Shown: piece by piece, positions 25,235 through 39,218 of the stretch
How the letters are laid out: the number at the start of each line of letters is the position of its first letter
How positions within the stretch are numbered: position 1 is the stretch's first letter
Origin: Octopus vulgaris
Taxonomy: Eukaryota
Assembly (NCBI GenBank): GCA_951406725.2
Contig: OX597815.1
Location: forward strand, 43,834,001 to 43,898,000
Reading direction: 5' to 3'
DNA length: 64,000 bases
Notes under the pieces: generated by a model
Told to the model about the DNA's origin: nothing
Seen by the model: the letters and a program-made list of their open reading frames with translations, nothing else
The model's database searches: none
Position numbers and translations under genes: made by a program

Positions 25235-26076
25235 GCATATATATATATATACATACACACTCACATACATACACACACACACACACTCACATACATATAT
25301 GTGTGTTACTGTGTGTATGTGTATATGCGTGTTTACACATTTAGACACACATGCACTCACATAAACGCAATCTCATAAATAACACTAAAACCCGTAACTG
25401 GTAAATCACGTACGCACGCATGCTCACACATACACATACGCACACACACATACACACACACACAAGCACACACACATATATAAAACATACGTATACACGC
25501 ACATACGTACGTAAGTACGCTACGCACGCACACGCTTTCTCGCTCATAAAATACATGTAAAAATCTGAACAGGTAAATCAGTAAGCAGGTGAACAAACAG
25601 TTGATATGATATAAGGGCCAATGACCAAAACTAACCAAACAGATGTGTACATATTAGGTGTTAGGCTCAGGATATTTGATATGGACATCACCTGTGAAAG
25701 AAGGATCTATATTGCAGTTGACGCTGCTGTTAATGATCTCTCGGTCAATTGGTAACGCTTCAGCAGAAAAGAGGAATCAAATTCCAAGCTTGTTTCTTAT
25801 TGTTTATTTCTTATGTTTTCGATTTATTTATTTACTTACTTATTGCATTTATTTATTTATCTTTATTTTTTCTATATTTGCATGTTTGTTTATTAATCTA
25901 ACCTTATATAGATTCTCTGATACGTATTAATTTGTTTGTAAATTTTCTCTCAGTGACTTCGAATAGCATTTAGATATCATCTACGTGTTCTGGTTATTGT
26001 TGAGTTGTTTCGTGTTGCCATTGTTGTTTGGCCCCTATGTTAGTTCTGATCGCGCAGAGACCTATGATCATAGTTA

Positions 26077-26529
26077 CCGTAAATCCTCGAGTATAGTCCG
26101 CCCTTGAGTATAATACGCAGGGGATTTTTAGCGGGCTGTACTTCTGAAAAACCTAAACCTTGTGTATAATACGCACCCCTTCTCTAACTTGAGTCGTGCG
26201 TAATTAAGCCAGCAGTACCTAGTTGAACAAACACTTCCGCGCATGCGTAATACAATAATGGTGATGTTCTTAACTCTTATATGGGAATGTAAATATGTTT
26301 GCAAATTGTTTTTGTTACATGTTATTCTGTGTTTTGAATACTTTTATTTTAATAAATGTTGCTTACTGAAAGTTATGGATGATTCTTTTATGACTTCATT
26401 GCTTTCAGGCTTAGATTAAGGTATTTTCGCGCCCGACATCACAAAATACATCTCAATAAATAGTACGCACTAGGGATTTTGACCTTTAAATTTTGGGGAA
26501 AAATGCGGATTGTAATTGAGGATTTACGG
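26077..26529. mobile_element. Tc1/mariner/pogo-type MITE
   Basis: TA-ccgtaaatcctcgagtata ... tgtaattgaggatttacgg terminal inverted repeats. Confidence 0.8.
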
Positions 26530-27020
26530 CATTTCAACCATGACCAACTTTCTTGTATTTTTTCTTACTTTGTTTCTAAATCTTATGATGTCCAATATAT
26601 CCTTTAAAAAAGCAAACGCGGTGATGTGAAGGTGGGGACATGGCTGTTATTTCTAATCGCTCGATTGCTCGAGTATTTGCTTAAACAGCGATCAGCGGAA
26701 TTTTTTAGTATTGCGGCCTGTCTGATGATGAGTCATGTAGCATGTGGCCCGCTTTTCGTAAAAGGTTGCCAGTGCCTGGCTTAAACGCTTCTTTGTTGAT
26801 TCGTTATCATCTAGCTCTTACTGTTTGGGTCGTTGATATGTGAGTACTCTGAAGATTTGTCCCATTCTATTCCATATATATGATATCATAATCGAACAAA
26901 ACAATAAGGAAAACTACGTAGATGCCCAACCTGCTAGAAATAACAACTAAGTATCTTTCAAATTACACGTCACTTTTTTTTAAAATTTCTTAAAAATAGA
27001 AAGCTAACACTGTCTACTGC

Positions 27021-27192
27021 AGGCGTGCCTAGGTGGCAATAGGCTTGCTTCTCAGCTACATCGTTCCGGGTTCAGTCCCCCTGCATGGCACCACGGGCAA
27101 GTATTTTCTATTATAGCCTCGGGCCGATCAAAGCCATATGAATGGATTTAGTGGACGGAAACTGAAAGAAACCCGTCATGTATATATGTGTG

Positions 27193-27229
<37 letters not shown>

Positions 27230-27465
27230 GTGTGTATGCCTTTGTGTCTGTGTTTGTCCCACACCACCGCTTGACAACGGGTGTTGGTGTGTTTACGTCC
27301 CCGTAACTTAGCAGTTTGGCAAAAGACATCGATACAATAAACACCAAGCTTAAGAAAAAAGTAAGTACTGGGGTTGGTTCATTCAACTAAAAATTCTTCA
27401 AGGTAGTGCCACAGCATGGCCTCAGTCTTATGACTGAAACAAATAAAAGATCAAAGATAAAAGAG
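27021..27465 (+). mobile_element. SINE family A full-length copy
   Basis: Head, microsatellite and tail as in the other copies. Confidence 0.85.
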
Positions 27466-27868
27466 ATATTCTGAGACGGACTTCAAACACCTTTGATCAT
27501 GGACTCTGCCCTATCAGAATAGATCTTGTCTTAAACATCAGAAATAATACAATAAGAGTTCAAAAGTGTACCTTTCATCCTTTCAGGGTCAATAAAATAA
27601 AATACCAGTCAAGTATTGATGTCAATCCCATTGACCTCATCCTACTCACAAAATCTGCTGGCCTTGTGTCTAAAGTCAGAATCAATTAATATATGAACTA
27701 TATACTTCATACGCATGACAAACTGCTTCCTGCGAGAACAATGTTTCTTAACGTGGGCAGTGACACTGAGGATTGGGAATTCATATGGGAACACCAAATA
27801 TCAAGAGAGCGTTATGTGGTGGGGGTGTTTAGAAGGATAGGGACTTTTTTTCTTTTAGAAATAATATA

Positions 27869-28031
27869 CCGTATTTTTAATGTGTATAAGGAACCCTCTA
27901 ATTTTGGGGGCTTAAAATTCGGAAAAAAGGTTTATTAAGGGATTATAATACTATCCATGTATAAGAAACTCCTATGTTTTTTAACCTAATTTTTGACAAA
28001 AAAAGGGTTCCTTTTACACGTTAAAATACGG
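27869..28031. mobile_element. Short Tc1/mariner/pogo-type MITE with TA target duplication
   Basis: TA-ccgtatttttaatgtgtataaggaaccc ... gggttccttttacacgttaaaatacgg-TA. Confidence 0.85.
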
Positions 28032-28049
28032 TATATATCCCAGCGCCGA

Positions 28050-28138
28050 GCAAGTGTCTACTATAACCTCAGGTCGACCAAAGCCTTCTGAGTGGATTTG
28101 GTAGACGGAAACTGAAAGAAGCAGGTCGTATACATACA

Positions 28139-28169
<31 letters not shown>

Positions 28170-28615
28170 TTTCTTTTTTTTACTTGTTTCAGTCATTTGA
28201 CTGCGGCCATGATGAAGCACTGCCTTGAAGGTTTTTTTTAGTCGAACAAATCGACCCCAAGACTTATTTTTTAAGCCTAGTACTTATTCTATCGGTCTCC
28301 TTGCTGAACCATTAAATTACACCAACACCGGTTGTCAAGCGGTGGTAGGGGACAAACACAGACACAAAGACACGCGCACGCGTATATATATACATACGTA
28401 TGTATGTATATACGGCGGGCTTCTTTCAGTTTCCGTCTACCAAATCTACTCACAAGGCTTTGGTCGGCTCGAGGTTATAGTAGAAGACACTAGCTCAAGG
28501 TGCTACGCCTTCAATTTGAGTAATGTAGTATATATCATTACTTTTTGTTACTATTCTTTTACTCTTTTACTTGTTTCAGTCATTTGACAGCGGCCATGCT
28601 GGAGCACCGCCTTTA
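28050..28615. mobile_element. Cluster of family A SINE pieces in both orientations
   Basis: + fragment 28050-28130, - copy 28170-28505, tail fragment 28553-28615. Confidence 0.8.
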
Positions 28616-29280
28616 GCCGTGGGCCAGTATTGGACCGTGGACCATTTGGTCCCGGGCCGCACAGAAAGAAGATATTTTAAAATTTTATTTCTATTTTATT
28701 GACTATCACAGCCTGCAGAGTGTTTTGTTATATACCTAATATATGTGTATTATATATTTATATATAAAAGTGAGGTTGTGTCTGTCTCCTACGATTTAGA
28801 TTCCTAACTACTCCCACATTTCGCGGTGCAGTTTAACCAAAACCGGGTATCTTATAGTCGTGATTCATATCGAGCCCTTCTGGGTATTAGCGCGCGTCTA
28901 CGATGAGTCTACGATTTAAAAAAAATTTACCATAAATTTTTTCCATTTTAATGCATTTTTTCGCTATTATATAAGGGAAGTAACTCTCTAAAAATGTCTA
29001 CGATGAGTCAACGATTTAAAATAAATTTACCATCATTTTTTTTTCATTTTTAGTGCATTTTTTGCTATTTTTTGGCTATAACTCTCTAAAAATGCTTATA
29101 TAGTTATTTCCCTTACAAACCCGAACAACGCCGGGCGATACTGCTAGTATGTAATAATCAAATAAAATATAACGTACTTTATTGTGTTTTGTTATGTGCG
29201 TGATCCCACTGGTGCGTGGAAAAAACCTTTTTGGACGAAACCAGACCGGTTCATGGTACAAAAAACGTTGGAACCTGCTG
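28616..29280. mobile_element. hAT (Charlie/MER1-like) non-autonomous element interrupted by a Helitron
   Basis: ggaccgtgg..cgggccgcacag at the left; gtggaaaaa..acgaaacc..aaaaaacgttggaacctgctg at the right end. Confidence 0.55.
28757..29147 (+). mobile_element. Non-autonomous Helitron
   Basis: Inserted between A and T; 5' T(T)TATATATAAAAG; 3' hairpin cccg..cggg followed by CTAG at 29144-29147; internal repeats. Confidence 0.75.
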
Positions 29281-29291
29281 GATTACAGAGA

Positions 29292-29366
<75 letters not shown>

Positions 29367-30580
29367 GATATGACAAGTGATTGGAGGAAGGCCGAGAGAT
29401 GAGGGAGTAGTATGCTTGCAGAGTAAAGTATGTGTTGGTTAATGATACGTGTACGCAGCTGTAAGGGATCATACATACAAGCGTATATGTATAGTCCTTT
29501 CAAGAAAACACACAAAGCGTCAAATAGCGACAAAGGAACAAGATGGAGTAAGTTAAAGAAGGAAATAAGGGAACTGGAAGTTCTCATACCGCTGGAAACT
29601 AAGGTTCATAACCGGAAAATGAGCCGTTAATTTCTAAGCTGTCGGGTTGCCTTTGGACCACATAGAGAAAAGGCGAGAGAAATTGATGTAACAACAGATA
29701 TCCTATGTTGGGTGTGAACATTGACATAATATTGTTTTACGGATGTTATGTTACGAATTAGTATGACAAAAATAAACTTGTGTCAGGACGCGATCAGTGG
29801 TCAGATGAAAGCTATTGTAACTTTTACCTTTCAGTATTATTATACAGACAGGTATACACCTGTGTTAAATTTCTACTACACCTACCTTAGTTTTTTTTTT
29901 AAAAAAACAAACGCCCATACTTTGAATCTCTCTCTCTGTCTCACTTTACTTCTCTGTCTCTGTCCTCTTCTTTTTCGCTTCTTCTCTTTCGATTCTTTCT
30001 TTTAATTTTTTATTTAAGAAATTTAATATCGAATCTAAAATGTATGACGTTAGAACGAAGCTGGTATAGGATAGTATGACTTCTCATATACCAGTGAGTT
30101 GGCAAAATCGTTGGCATACTGGGCAACATGCTTTGCAGCATTTCTTCCAACTTGAATGTTCCGAGTTCAAATTCCGCCGACGTCCATTGTGCCTTTCATC
30201 TTTCATGATCGATAAAAAAGACTGCCTGCTAAGGACTGGGGTAGATATAATCGACTAGTCCTCTCCAAAATTCAGGCATTGAGCACATAGTAGAAGTATT
30301 TTTGTCAACGTTGTGTCTTTTCAATACGTGATAAGGTGTTTATTTTCCAAAATAGTGCTGGTCCCCATTTTTTTAAAGAAGAAAGAGTAGCACCTATGGT
30401 CTCCGCCAACTCTTTGAAACTAGTCGGAGTGATGCAGCTGAGGTTCAGCATGATCTCCTCAAACTCAACAACCTCAGGATATTCCAGAGTATTGACTTAC
30501 TTAGCAGGAAAAGCAGTTCCAAGTAATTTGGTGGAAGTTATAGTATGCGTGACGAGAAAAAAAAGTTAAGCGTATTGAGA

Positions 30581-30813
30581 GGCGGCGAGCTGGCAGAAAC
30601 GTTAGCACGCCGGGCGAAATGCTTAGCGCTATTTCGTCTGCGTTACGTTGTGAGTTCAAATTCCGCCGAGGTCGACTTTGCCTTTCATCCTTTCGGGGTC
30701 GATAAATTAAGTACCAGTTACGCACTGGGGTCGATGTAATCGACTTAATACCTATGTCTGTCCTTGTTTGTCCCCTCTGTGTTTAGCCCCTTGTGGGTAA
30801 TAAAGAAATAGGT
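30581..30813 (+). mobile_element. Young full-length SINE family B (tRNA head + Nin/Deu-like domain)
   Basis: ggcggcgagctggcagaaacgttagc..gagttcaaattcc..gcctttcatcctttcggggtcgataaattaagtacc. Confidence 0.9.
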
Positions 30814-31708
30814 ATGTTGATATAGCAGCAATAGATGAGACAGAGCAGGAAGACAGCATATCTGGACTGCTGAATAGGAACAAGTATAGTTCTATATATA
30901 TATATAACAATGAATACTCTAACTTCTGAAACCACACGCATACGGTTTCAGAAGTTAGTGTAACGCACAGACACTGCTTAGTCAAAATATGGGCCTTAAC
31001 AGATAAACACACCAATTTATAAACACACCAAATATCTTTTTATTTATGCGGAACCATAAAGTCATTTTTCAAGCTTTTGTATGCAGTTTTGGGAAGCATG
31101 AAATTTTGTATCATTGCGGAAATAATTTGAAGAGGATTTCAAGTCATTTTACCGATACAAGATACAAACATTCACTTTTACAAAAATAAAAAATAAAAAT
31201 CTTTTTAATCTATCAGATACGCTATCGCTACTTATTTAATTAAAACAAGTATATTTGCTATGAGAACAAACACAACAGTTAGCCTTTTGTCACATTCATT
31301 GTTCTATTTGTCCCATTCACATAAATTTCCATAAATTTTTATAAATTACTTATAATGTAACGCCCTCACATGTAATACTGTTCAATTCACAATTATCTTT
31401 TGCGTCTCTGCCGATAGCCATGTTTCATATTTCTCTCTACCCTCATTCTTTAATTTTATATTCTCTCAGTTTTGATTGCTATTTTATAAATAAAACGCCA
31501 CAGAAATCCTCTTCAAAACAACCTGTTACGCGATGAAATATGTCTCCTTGCATTCATATTTCAGCTATATCCACTCTATGCCATTTGTTATTAACATACA
31601 TCACTAATAAAAACACATTCTAAACCTTCAAATTTTCTTTATCTTTTTCTGATTTCTTTCATCTCCAACAGCCAACTCACGACCTTCATACGACACATTT
31701 CTTTTCAA

Positions 31709-31709
<1 letters not shown>

Positions 31710-31739
<30 letters not shown>

Positions 31740-31865
31740 CTTCTTCTTCTTCTTCTTCTTCTTCTTCTTCTTCTTCTTCTTCTTCTTCTTCTTCTTCTTC
31801 TTCTTCTTCTTCTTCTTCTTCTTCTTCTCCTTCTTCTTCTTCTTCTTCTTCTTCTTCTTCTTCTT
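31710..31865. repeat. (TTC)~50 microsatellite
   Basis: Near-perfect triplet tract with one interruption. Confidence 0.97.
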
Positions 31866-32578
31866 TCCACCCCTTACAATTCTTCCCTCAACCATCCTAT
31901 CGATTTCCAACAGCCGTTCAAATTATGTCATTATAATCCCCCTGTTGGGTGGTAGTCACGTTAGTGTTTCGTTATCTAAAAATATCTCATCTTTGCACGC
32001 AACGACAACAGATAATAGCAGTAGTCCGTAAACTGAACTTGCTGATCCTTCTTGGCCGTTGACAGTTTGTTGTCTGTTCATCCACTCAGCATTTAGTGAT
32101 ATTCGTCATTGACGCAATAAGTTCATTTGCCGAAATGGTTCGCATCCACCGTGCTACATTCCATGGCTTCATCGTAATCCTGGCTGGTTAGTTACTGGGT
32201 GCTAGTCCTTGCCAAAAAGGGCCACTCATGATTTGGTCCGCATCCGTTTATTCATATATCAACAGCTGACCTTTGTTTTCATCCTATTTAACCCATAGCT
32301 AGGGCCCTTAAATATGCTACCACTCCAGATCAGAGTAGATCAGCGAACAATAGTATAGTGGCTAAGAGGTTCCACACTCCTCAAAAAACCAGGTCCCCAC
32401 TACCGGACACACGTTAAAATCATATCCAATGCTTCAAATTATGTACTTTTAAAATACTGTCTTTTGTAACTTGACTAGGGAATATCAATTTATAATTGTT
32501 TGTTGTATATTGAATCACTTCAGAATGATAAACCCAAAGGTGGAACTCAGAGTCACGCTAGATCAGTTCTTGTTAAAT

Positions 32579-32683
<105 letters not shown>

Positions 32684-32698
32684 AGTGTTATTTCCATA

Positions 32699-32863
32699 GG
32701 CGCAGGAGTGGCTGTGTGGTAAGTAGCTTTGCTTACCAACAACATGGTTCTGGGTTCATTCTCACTGCGTGGCACCTTCGGCAAGTGTCTTCTACTATAT
32801 CCTCGGGCCGACCCAAGCTTTGTGAGTAGATTTGATAGATGGAAACTAAAAGAAGCCGTCGTA

Positions 32864-32929
<66 letters not shown>

Positions 32930-32980
32930 AGTGCGTGTGTTTATGTGTTTGTGTTTTTCCCCCAACATCGCTTGACAAAC
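32699..32980 (+). mobile_element. SINE family A, 3'-truncated
   Basis: ggcgcaggagtggctgtgtggtaagtagc head. Confidence 0.85.
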
Positions 32981-33087
32981 CATGAGCATTTTAACAAGTT
33001 CAATCTTACGAGAATGAAGGACAACTATATATAAAAGTATATAAAAGATTCACGGAATAACAATCATGTCGAACATAGCTTACCATA

Positions 33088-33124
<37 letters not shown>

Positions 33125-33126
33125 TC

Positions 33127-33220
<94 letters not shown>

Positions 33221-33808
33221 ACACACATATAATACAAAATGGTACAAGAACGCAAAATATCCGGACAGCTAAGTGATACAAAAATGGGACAACAAAACAT
33301 CCACATAGACGATACAAAGAAAACAAGGGCGGGTCATTCGAAGTTTTCTTTCCTCAGTCAAGCACCAGATTATCCTTGCAATTTCGGCTGATTATACTTG
33401 AGATTCCTCCAATCTGGCCAGCCCCAAGGAAAAACGAAGATAAGAGCATTAAATTCCTTGGAAGAAAGCAGCGAATGTATACAAAAACAAGGGCGGAAAA
33501 AATGGACAATGTTACGCAAATACAAATACATATATATATATATATACATACATACATACATACATACATACATACATACATACATACATACATACATACA
33601 TACATACATGCATAATACATACATACATACATACATACATACATACATACATACATACATGCATGCATGCATAATACATACATACATACATACATACATA
33701 CATACATACACACATACATACATACATATTCGTGACACTCCATCGGTTACGACGACGAGAGTTCCAGTTGTTCTGGTCAACAGAACAGCCTGCTCGTAAA
33801 TAGATAGC

Positions 33809-33884
<76 letters not shown>

Positions 33885-33994
33885 GAGGGGGGAGAAAGAC
33901 AGACAGACAGACTAACAGACAGACAAACCGACAGACGAGACAGACAGACAGATGCGTATTCTTTATTCGTTTCTTTTTTGTGAGAATGTGTATA

Positions 33995-34208
33995 CGAGTG
34001 GGTGCTGAAAACCTGGTTTTCGGTAAAAGAAAATACATGAGGATCAGTTAATTATGCTTTTATTTAACATATTCCCCTTTCAGATTCACACACTTACTGC
34101 AGCGGTCCTTCAGTTTTTCTAAGCCCTGTAAAAGAACTCGGAAGGTCGGGACTCCTGTCAGGCCTTTCGCGAGACACTTGAAGCCAGGAATTTTTCAGCA
34201 TCTCCTCG
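33995..34208. mobile_element. mariner-type MITE with TA flanks
   Basis: TA-cgagtgggtgctgaaaa ... tttttcagcatctcctcg-TA; a second copy lies in opposite orientation at 54760-54972. Confidence 0.85.
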
Positions 34209-34282
34209 TATGAGTGTGTGTTCGAGTGTTTACAATTGTTATTTTCTTTACAAATTTAGCGAGCACTATCATAAACCACTAT

Positions 34283-34668
34283 GTGGAAGCACTCCGTCGG
34301 TTACGACGACGAGGGTTCCGGTTGATCCGAATCAACGGAACAGCCTGCTCGTGAAATTAACGTGTAAGTGGCTGAGCACTCCACAGACACGTGTACCCTT
34401 AACGTAGTTCTCGGGGATATTCAGCGTGATACAGAGAGTGACAAGGCCGGCCCTTTGAAATACAGGTACTACAGAAACAGGAAGTAAGAGTGATAGAAAG
34501 TTGTGGTGAAAGAGTACAGCAGGGATCACCACCATCCCCTGCCGGAGCCTCGTGGAGCTTTAGGTGTTTTCGCTCAATAAACACTCACAACGCCCGGTCT
34601 GGGAATCGAAACCGTGATCCTATGACCGCGAGTCCGCTGCCCTAAACACTGGGCCATTGCGCCTCCAC
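34283..34668 (-). mobile_element. Full-length SINE family C with RTE-like tail and 11-bp TSD
   Basis: tRNA-like head gtggaggcgcaatggcccagtg; TSD taaaccactat at 34272-34282 and 34669-34679. Confidence 0.9.
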
Positions 34669-35099
34669 TAAACCACTATACCTAAATGCAAATTGATATA
34701 TTGTTTGAAATCTTCGTGTCTTCCTCGCCGTCTGTCTTTATGTGTATATATATGTGTGTGTGTGTGTGTGTGTTTGTGTCTGTGTGACAGTGTGAATGTG
34801 TGTATATATGTATACATGTGTGTGTGCGCGCGCACGTTTATGTATGTATGTGTGTATGTATGGATGGATGGAGGGATGGATGTGGTTTCCTCTGCATAAT
34901 CTGCCGGGTCCAGTCTTCATATGCAAAGGTAGACAAGCCGAGGATTTAAGAATCGTCGGCTATCTTCAACATGATTTAGTCGGCTTGTGGAAACCGTTGC
35001 CCGGGCAGTGGCTGCTGTGACACGCAGAGAGCTTACAAGATCCACAGATGAAGACCAAAGCGGACGAACTACTCCGAAGAGCACCATGTGTTTCCCCCG

Positions 35100-35985
35100 T
35101 CTGAGTACTACCCTGCCATGACACCTCATGCACCACTTCAACGCCGAAGGTTGTTGATAAATACATGTTGATTAATACATAGCACACACTTCAGAGCTGT
35201 GAACATTGACGATGAAGTCGACACACACATCGTTACGGGAGGCTCTGCATTTGCACGGCTAGATGAATTATTGTGGAAGAGGTAAAGCATAAGACTGACT
35301 ACCAAGTTGAAGGTTATCCAAATTAAAGGTGTACCAAGCTGAAGGTGTACCAAGTTGAAGGTGAACTGCATACGCTACTGCACACCTACGAGACTTGGAT
35401 GGTTTACAAATGCCACGCCAAGAAGCTAAACCGCTTCCACATGAACTGCCTGAGAAAGCTGCTGAAAATCACCCGGCAAGAACGGAATACTCCTCTCGGG
35501 CTGATCTGCCAAGCATTTACACATTGCTGGGGAGAGCCCAAGTCAGGTGGGCAGGCCACTTTTTTTTTCCGAATATCTGACAGGTTTTTCCAAGAGATTG
35601 TTTTACAGCGAATTGACAGAAGGCAAGTGCATGCAAAGTGGACAGGAAAAGCGCTTCAAGGACACACTGAAAGCGTCACTGAAGAGTTTTGAGACCAGTG
35701 CCAACATCTGGAAAACGCAAGCACAAGACTGCACTGCCTGGCGAAGCTGCACCAAAAGAGGTGCCACCTCCTATGAACAGAACATGACTACAGGGAAAAA
35801 AGAAAATGCGAACTACACAAAACCAGAGCCAACTCCTTGCTTTTAGTCCCAGCTGACCACTAGTGCCCGAGCTCCAGCAGAGCCAACCGAGCAACAGCCG
35901 GACACACCGTGCCCCGTCTTCTCCTCCGATTCGATGTCCTATGTGATGTCATCGTCGACAACGACGGACGAACTAATAAATAACA
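35100..35985 (+). mobile_element. RTE-clade LINE 3' fragment (decayed RT C-terminus)
   Basis: AVNIDDEVDT, ETWMVYKCHAKKLNRFHMNCLRKLLKI, AQVRWAGH, RLFYSEL..KRFKDTLK with frameshifts; 3' end gtcatcgtcgacaacgacggacgaac plus A-rich tail. Confidence 0.9.
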
Positions 35986-36127
35986 ATGTATGTGTGTGTG
36001 AGTGTGCATGCCTATACATGTGTCTGCGTTTGAGTGTGCGTGTGTGTGTGCGTGTGTGTGTGTGTGTCTGTTTGTCTGTCTGTGTGTGTGTGCGAGTATA
36101 TATGCTCGCGCGCTAATCGATAGACAG

Positions 36128-36183
<56 letters not shown>

Positions 36184-36352
36184 GAGGAGTGTTAGAGACA
36201 TATAGGGACAAACAGAAAAAATGAATGGAATGATATGGTGGTCGTAGTCCTATGTTGCATTACGAGCAATATCGAAAAAGCAAAAAAAAAAAAAAAAATT
36301 AAGAAGCCTGGCACAGTATCATATTCAGTGAATTAACTCTGATATAATTAGT

Positions 36353-36429
<77 letters not shown>

Positions 36430-36650
36430 CTTATATATATACTTATATATATATATACATACTTATTTATATATACTTATATATATATATATATATATAT
36501 ATATACTTATTTGTATATATATATATATATACTGTACATATATATATATATACTTATATATATACTTATTTATATATATATATACATACTGATATATATA
36601 TATATATATATATATACTGTACATATATATATATATACATACATACATAC

Positions 36651-36703
<53 letters not shown>

Positions 36704-36746
36704 CATACATACATACATACATAAAAAAAAATATATATATATATAC

Positions 36747-36814
<68 letters not shown>

Positions 36815-37559
36815 CGGCCGTCTGGACACAACGTCAGTGGTACGGTGTTATACTCGTAACCGTGGGAAGAACCAAACTTGATCAACCGTTCTGTTTTTTT
36901 CACTGTCTGGACAAGCTGGGTTTTAGCTGAGATCCCACGCTATTATTTCCTTATGTACTTGTTACTGCAGCCCTCTCTATTACTACAACTTCTAATGTTG
37001 GTGGTGGTGGCAGTGGTGGTGGTGGCGGTGGTGGTGGTGGTGGTTTTATGATCACTACAACAATTGATGTAGTTGTTTGTTCAGCCCCAAGTCTGCACTT
37101 ATCGAGTTTACATATGTTCAAAGGCGTTCCATCCATTACCACCCAGCCATTTTTCTTTTCTTTTTCTTTTTTCTTTTATACTGCATTGTCTGAAATACGT
37201 TGCACTTTTCTCTTTTTAGAGACGATTGCGTGTGATTTTAGAAACATTTGTCTTCTATTTCTCACTGGTCGAACGGTTGCATGTAGTTCCCACGTTACCT
37301 GCACATCACCTAACTCCCAAAGCAATGCTTAGACACAGTAGAAAATAGATTTTCCCAATGTTACACATAAGCTTTCTTTTGTGTCTAGCATTGCAAAGAT
37401 CAATAACAAGAAATCAATCAGTAAAAAATATATTGCTTCCCGTATGATACATTGTCGTCACACTTAGTTCCAAACAACAATTGAACATCTCTCTCTCTCC
37501 CTATCTATCTATAAAACTATTTATCTTTTTTCTTTCCTTCTTTCTTTTTTTATATCTCT

Positions 37560-37633
<74 letters not shown>

Positions 37634-37737
37634 AATTTAAAATGAGGGTGAAAAATTGGATATTAATTTGATTAACAATCAATTTAAAACCAGTGGTCGA
37701 GCATATTAAAATCTGAAGGTTCAGTAAATTGTATAAC

Positions 37738-37856
37738 ATATGAGAGGGATGGCCACTATGTGGACAACCCTTATGCTAGAAGTAGATCCGCTATGGTCTT
37801 ACCACTAAGAAATGTTCTCAAGAAAATTTAGCAAATAGTGGTCATCCCTCTCATAT
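37738..37856. repeat. 22-bp inverted repeat with a 75-bp spacer
   Basis: atatgagagggatggccactat / atagtggtcatccctctcatat (1 mismatch). Confidence 0.85.
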
Positions 37857-37861
37857 ATATG

Positions 37862-37915
<54 letters not shown>

Positions 37916-38169
37916 TTTTATTCTTTTACTTGTTTCAGTCATATGACTGCAGCCATGCTGGAGCACGGACATCGACTCCAGGACTTATTTTTTGTAAGCT
38001 TAGTACTTATTCTATCAGAGTCTTTTGCAGAACCGCTATGTTACGGGCACATAAACACACCAGCATCGGACGGACACACACACATACCTATTGACTTCTG
38101 TCTAGCGTCCATTTTATTCTATTAGCTCTCACGTTTTCAGTGGTCTAAGGACCTTGTAACGAGCGCATG

Positions 38170-38229
<60 letters not shown>

Positions 38230-38433
38230 GATGCAGCACGAAGTTTTGTCAGTGAACAGATCGCGGTCTCAAAGCGACGAAAATATTTTGACAAATAAAA
38301 TTTAAATGTTGAAGTGAATCTAACGGTTTTTGTATGTTTCTTAAATGGCTTATAAACACCTTCCACGCTGTAATTATTTTCGTTCCAGCACACGATCTCA
38401 GATCAAGTCACTCGCTATGCAAGTACATCTCCG

Positions 38434-38494
<61 letters not shown>

Positions 38495-39170
38495 CGAGTT
38501 CTTAAAAACACCAAAGAAGGACAAAAGACTGGATGTAGTTCTAGGATCTAAATATTTTGGAGTTTTGTATATGAGGTCTTTCTAAAGCGTTGTCTTTCGG
38601 TCATTTAAGGAAAGAGCCTGGATGACAGAATTTAGAATATTGATCTAGTCTCTAAATATAAAATTAAGCTAACCTGAAAATGACAAAATCCCGGCAGAAA
38701 CATTTGCAAAAGCTACATCGAAGCGGAACAACTGGATATTAAACTTGCTATAAACACATCAAGAACTTTATAGCTTTATGTACTTCGAGATCCACTGTTG
38801 CAAAAGGAAAAACAATAATTTTATTGTAACCTGGAAGTTTCAATGACTATATGGCCTGCTAGACTATATAATTTAGAGTCCTACATTCAGTTTGTGTATT
38901 AGTATATTCGATGGAGAAAAGCATGGAGAGACAGTGTTGGGTGGTGATATTTTTAGTAGTCCAAATATAGGGACAGCCTACTCTTAAATCAGAATTACTT
39001 TAATTTTCTATCAAACTAATTGCTGCGCCTTTCTCATCATGAAATAGAATATAATCTTAATCCAACGCATCTCTACTCAACATTTTACACTTTGAATAAG
39101 AAATACTTATAGCGAAATTTTAAAGTTACTATTAATAAAATTTATATAGACGTGTGTGTGAGTGTGTGTC

Positions 39171-39218
<48 letters not shown>

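Noticed and set aside
32699-32775. tRNA genes
   Set aside because: The A/B boxes belong to SINE heads that continue into SINE bodies; no complete cloverleaf is seen.
33325-33360. Hammerhead-like CUGAGGA..CGAAU (minus strand), and similar motifs at ~17720, ~38250 and ~62175
   Set aside because: The GAAA box or stem geometry is missing; at best these are decayed repeats.
34880-35100. HDV-like ribozyme in a possible RTE 5' UTR
   Set aside because: I could not construct the nested double pseudoknot by eye.
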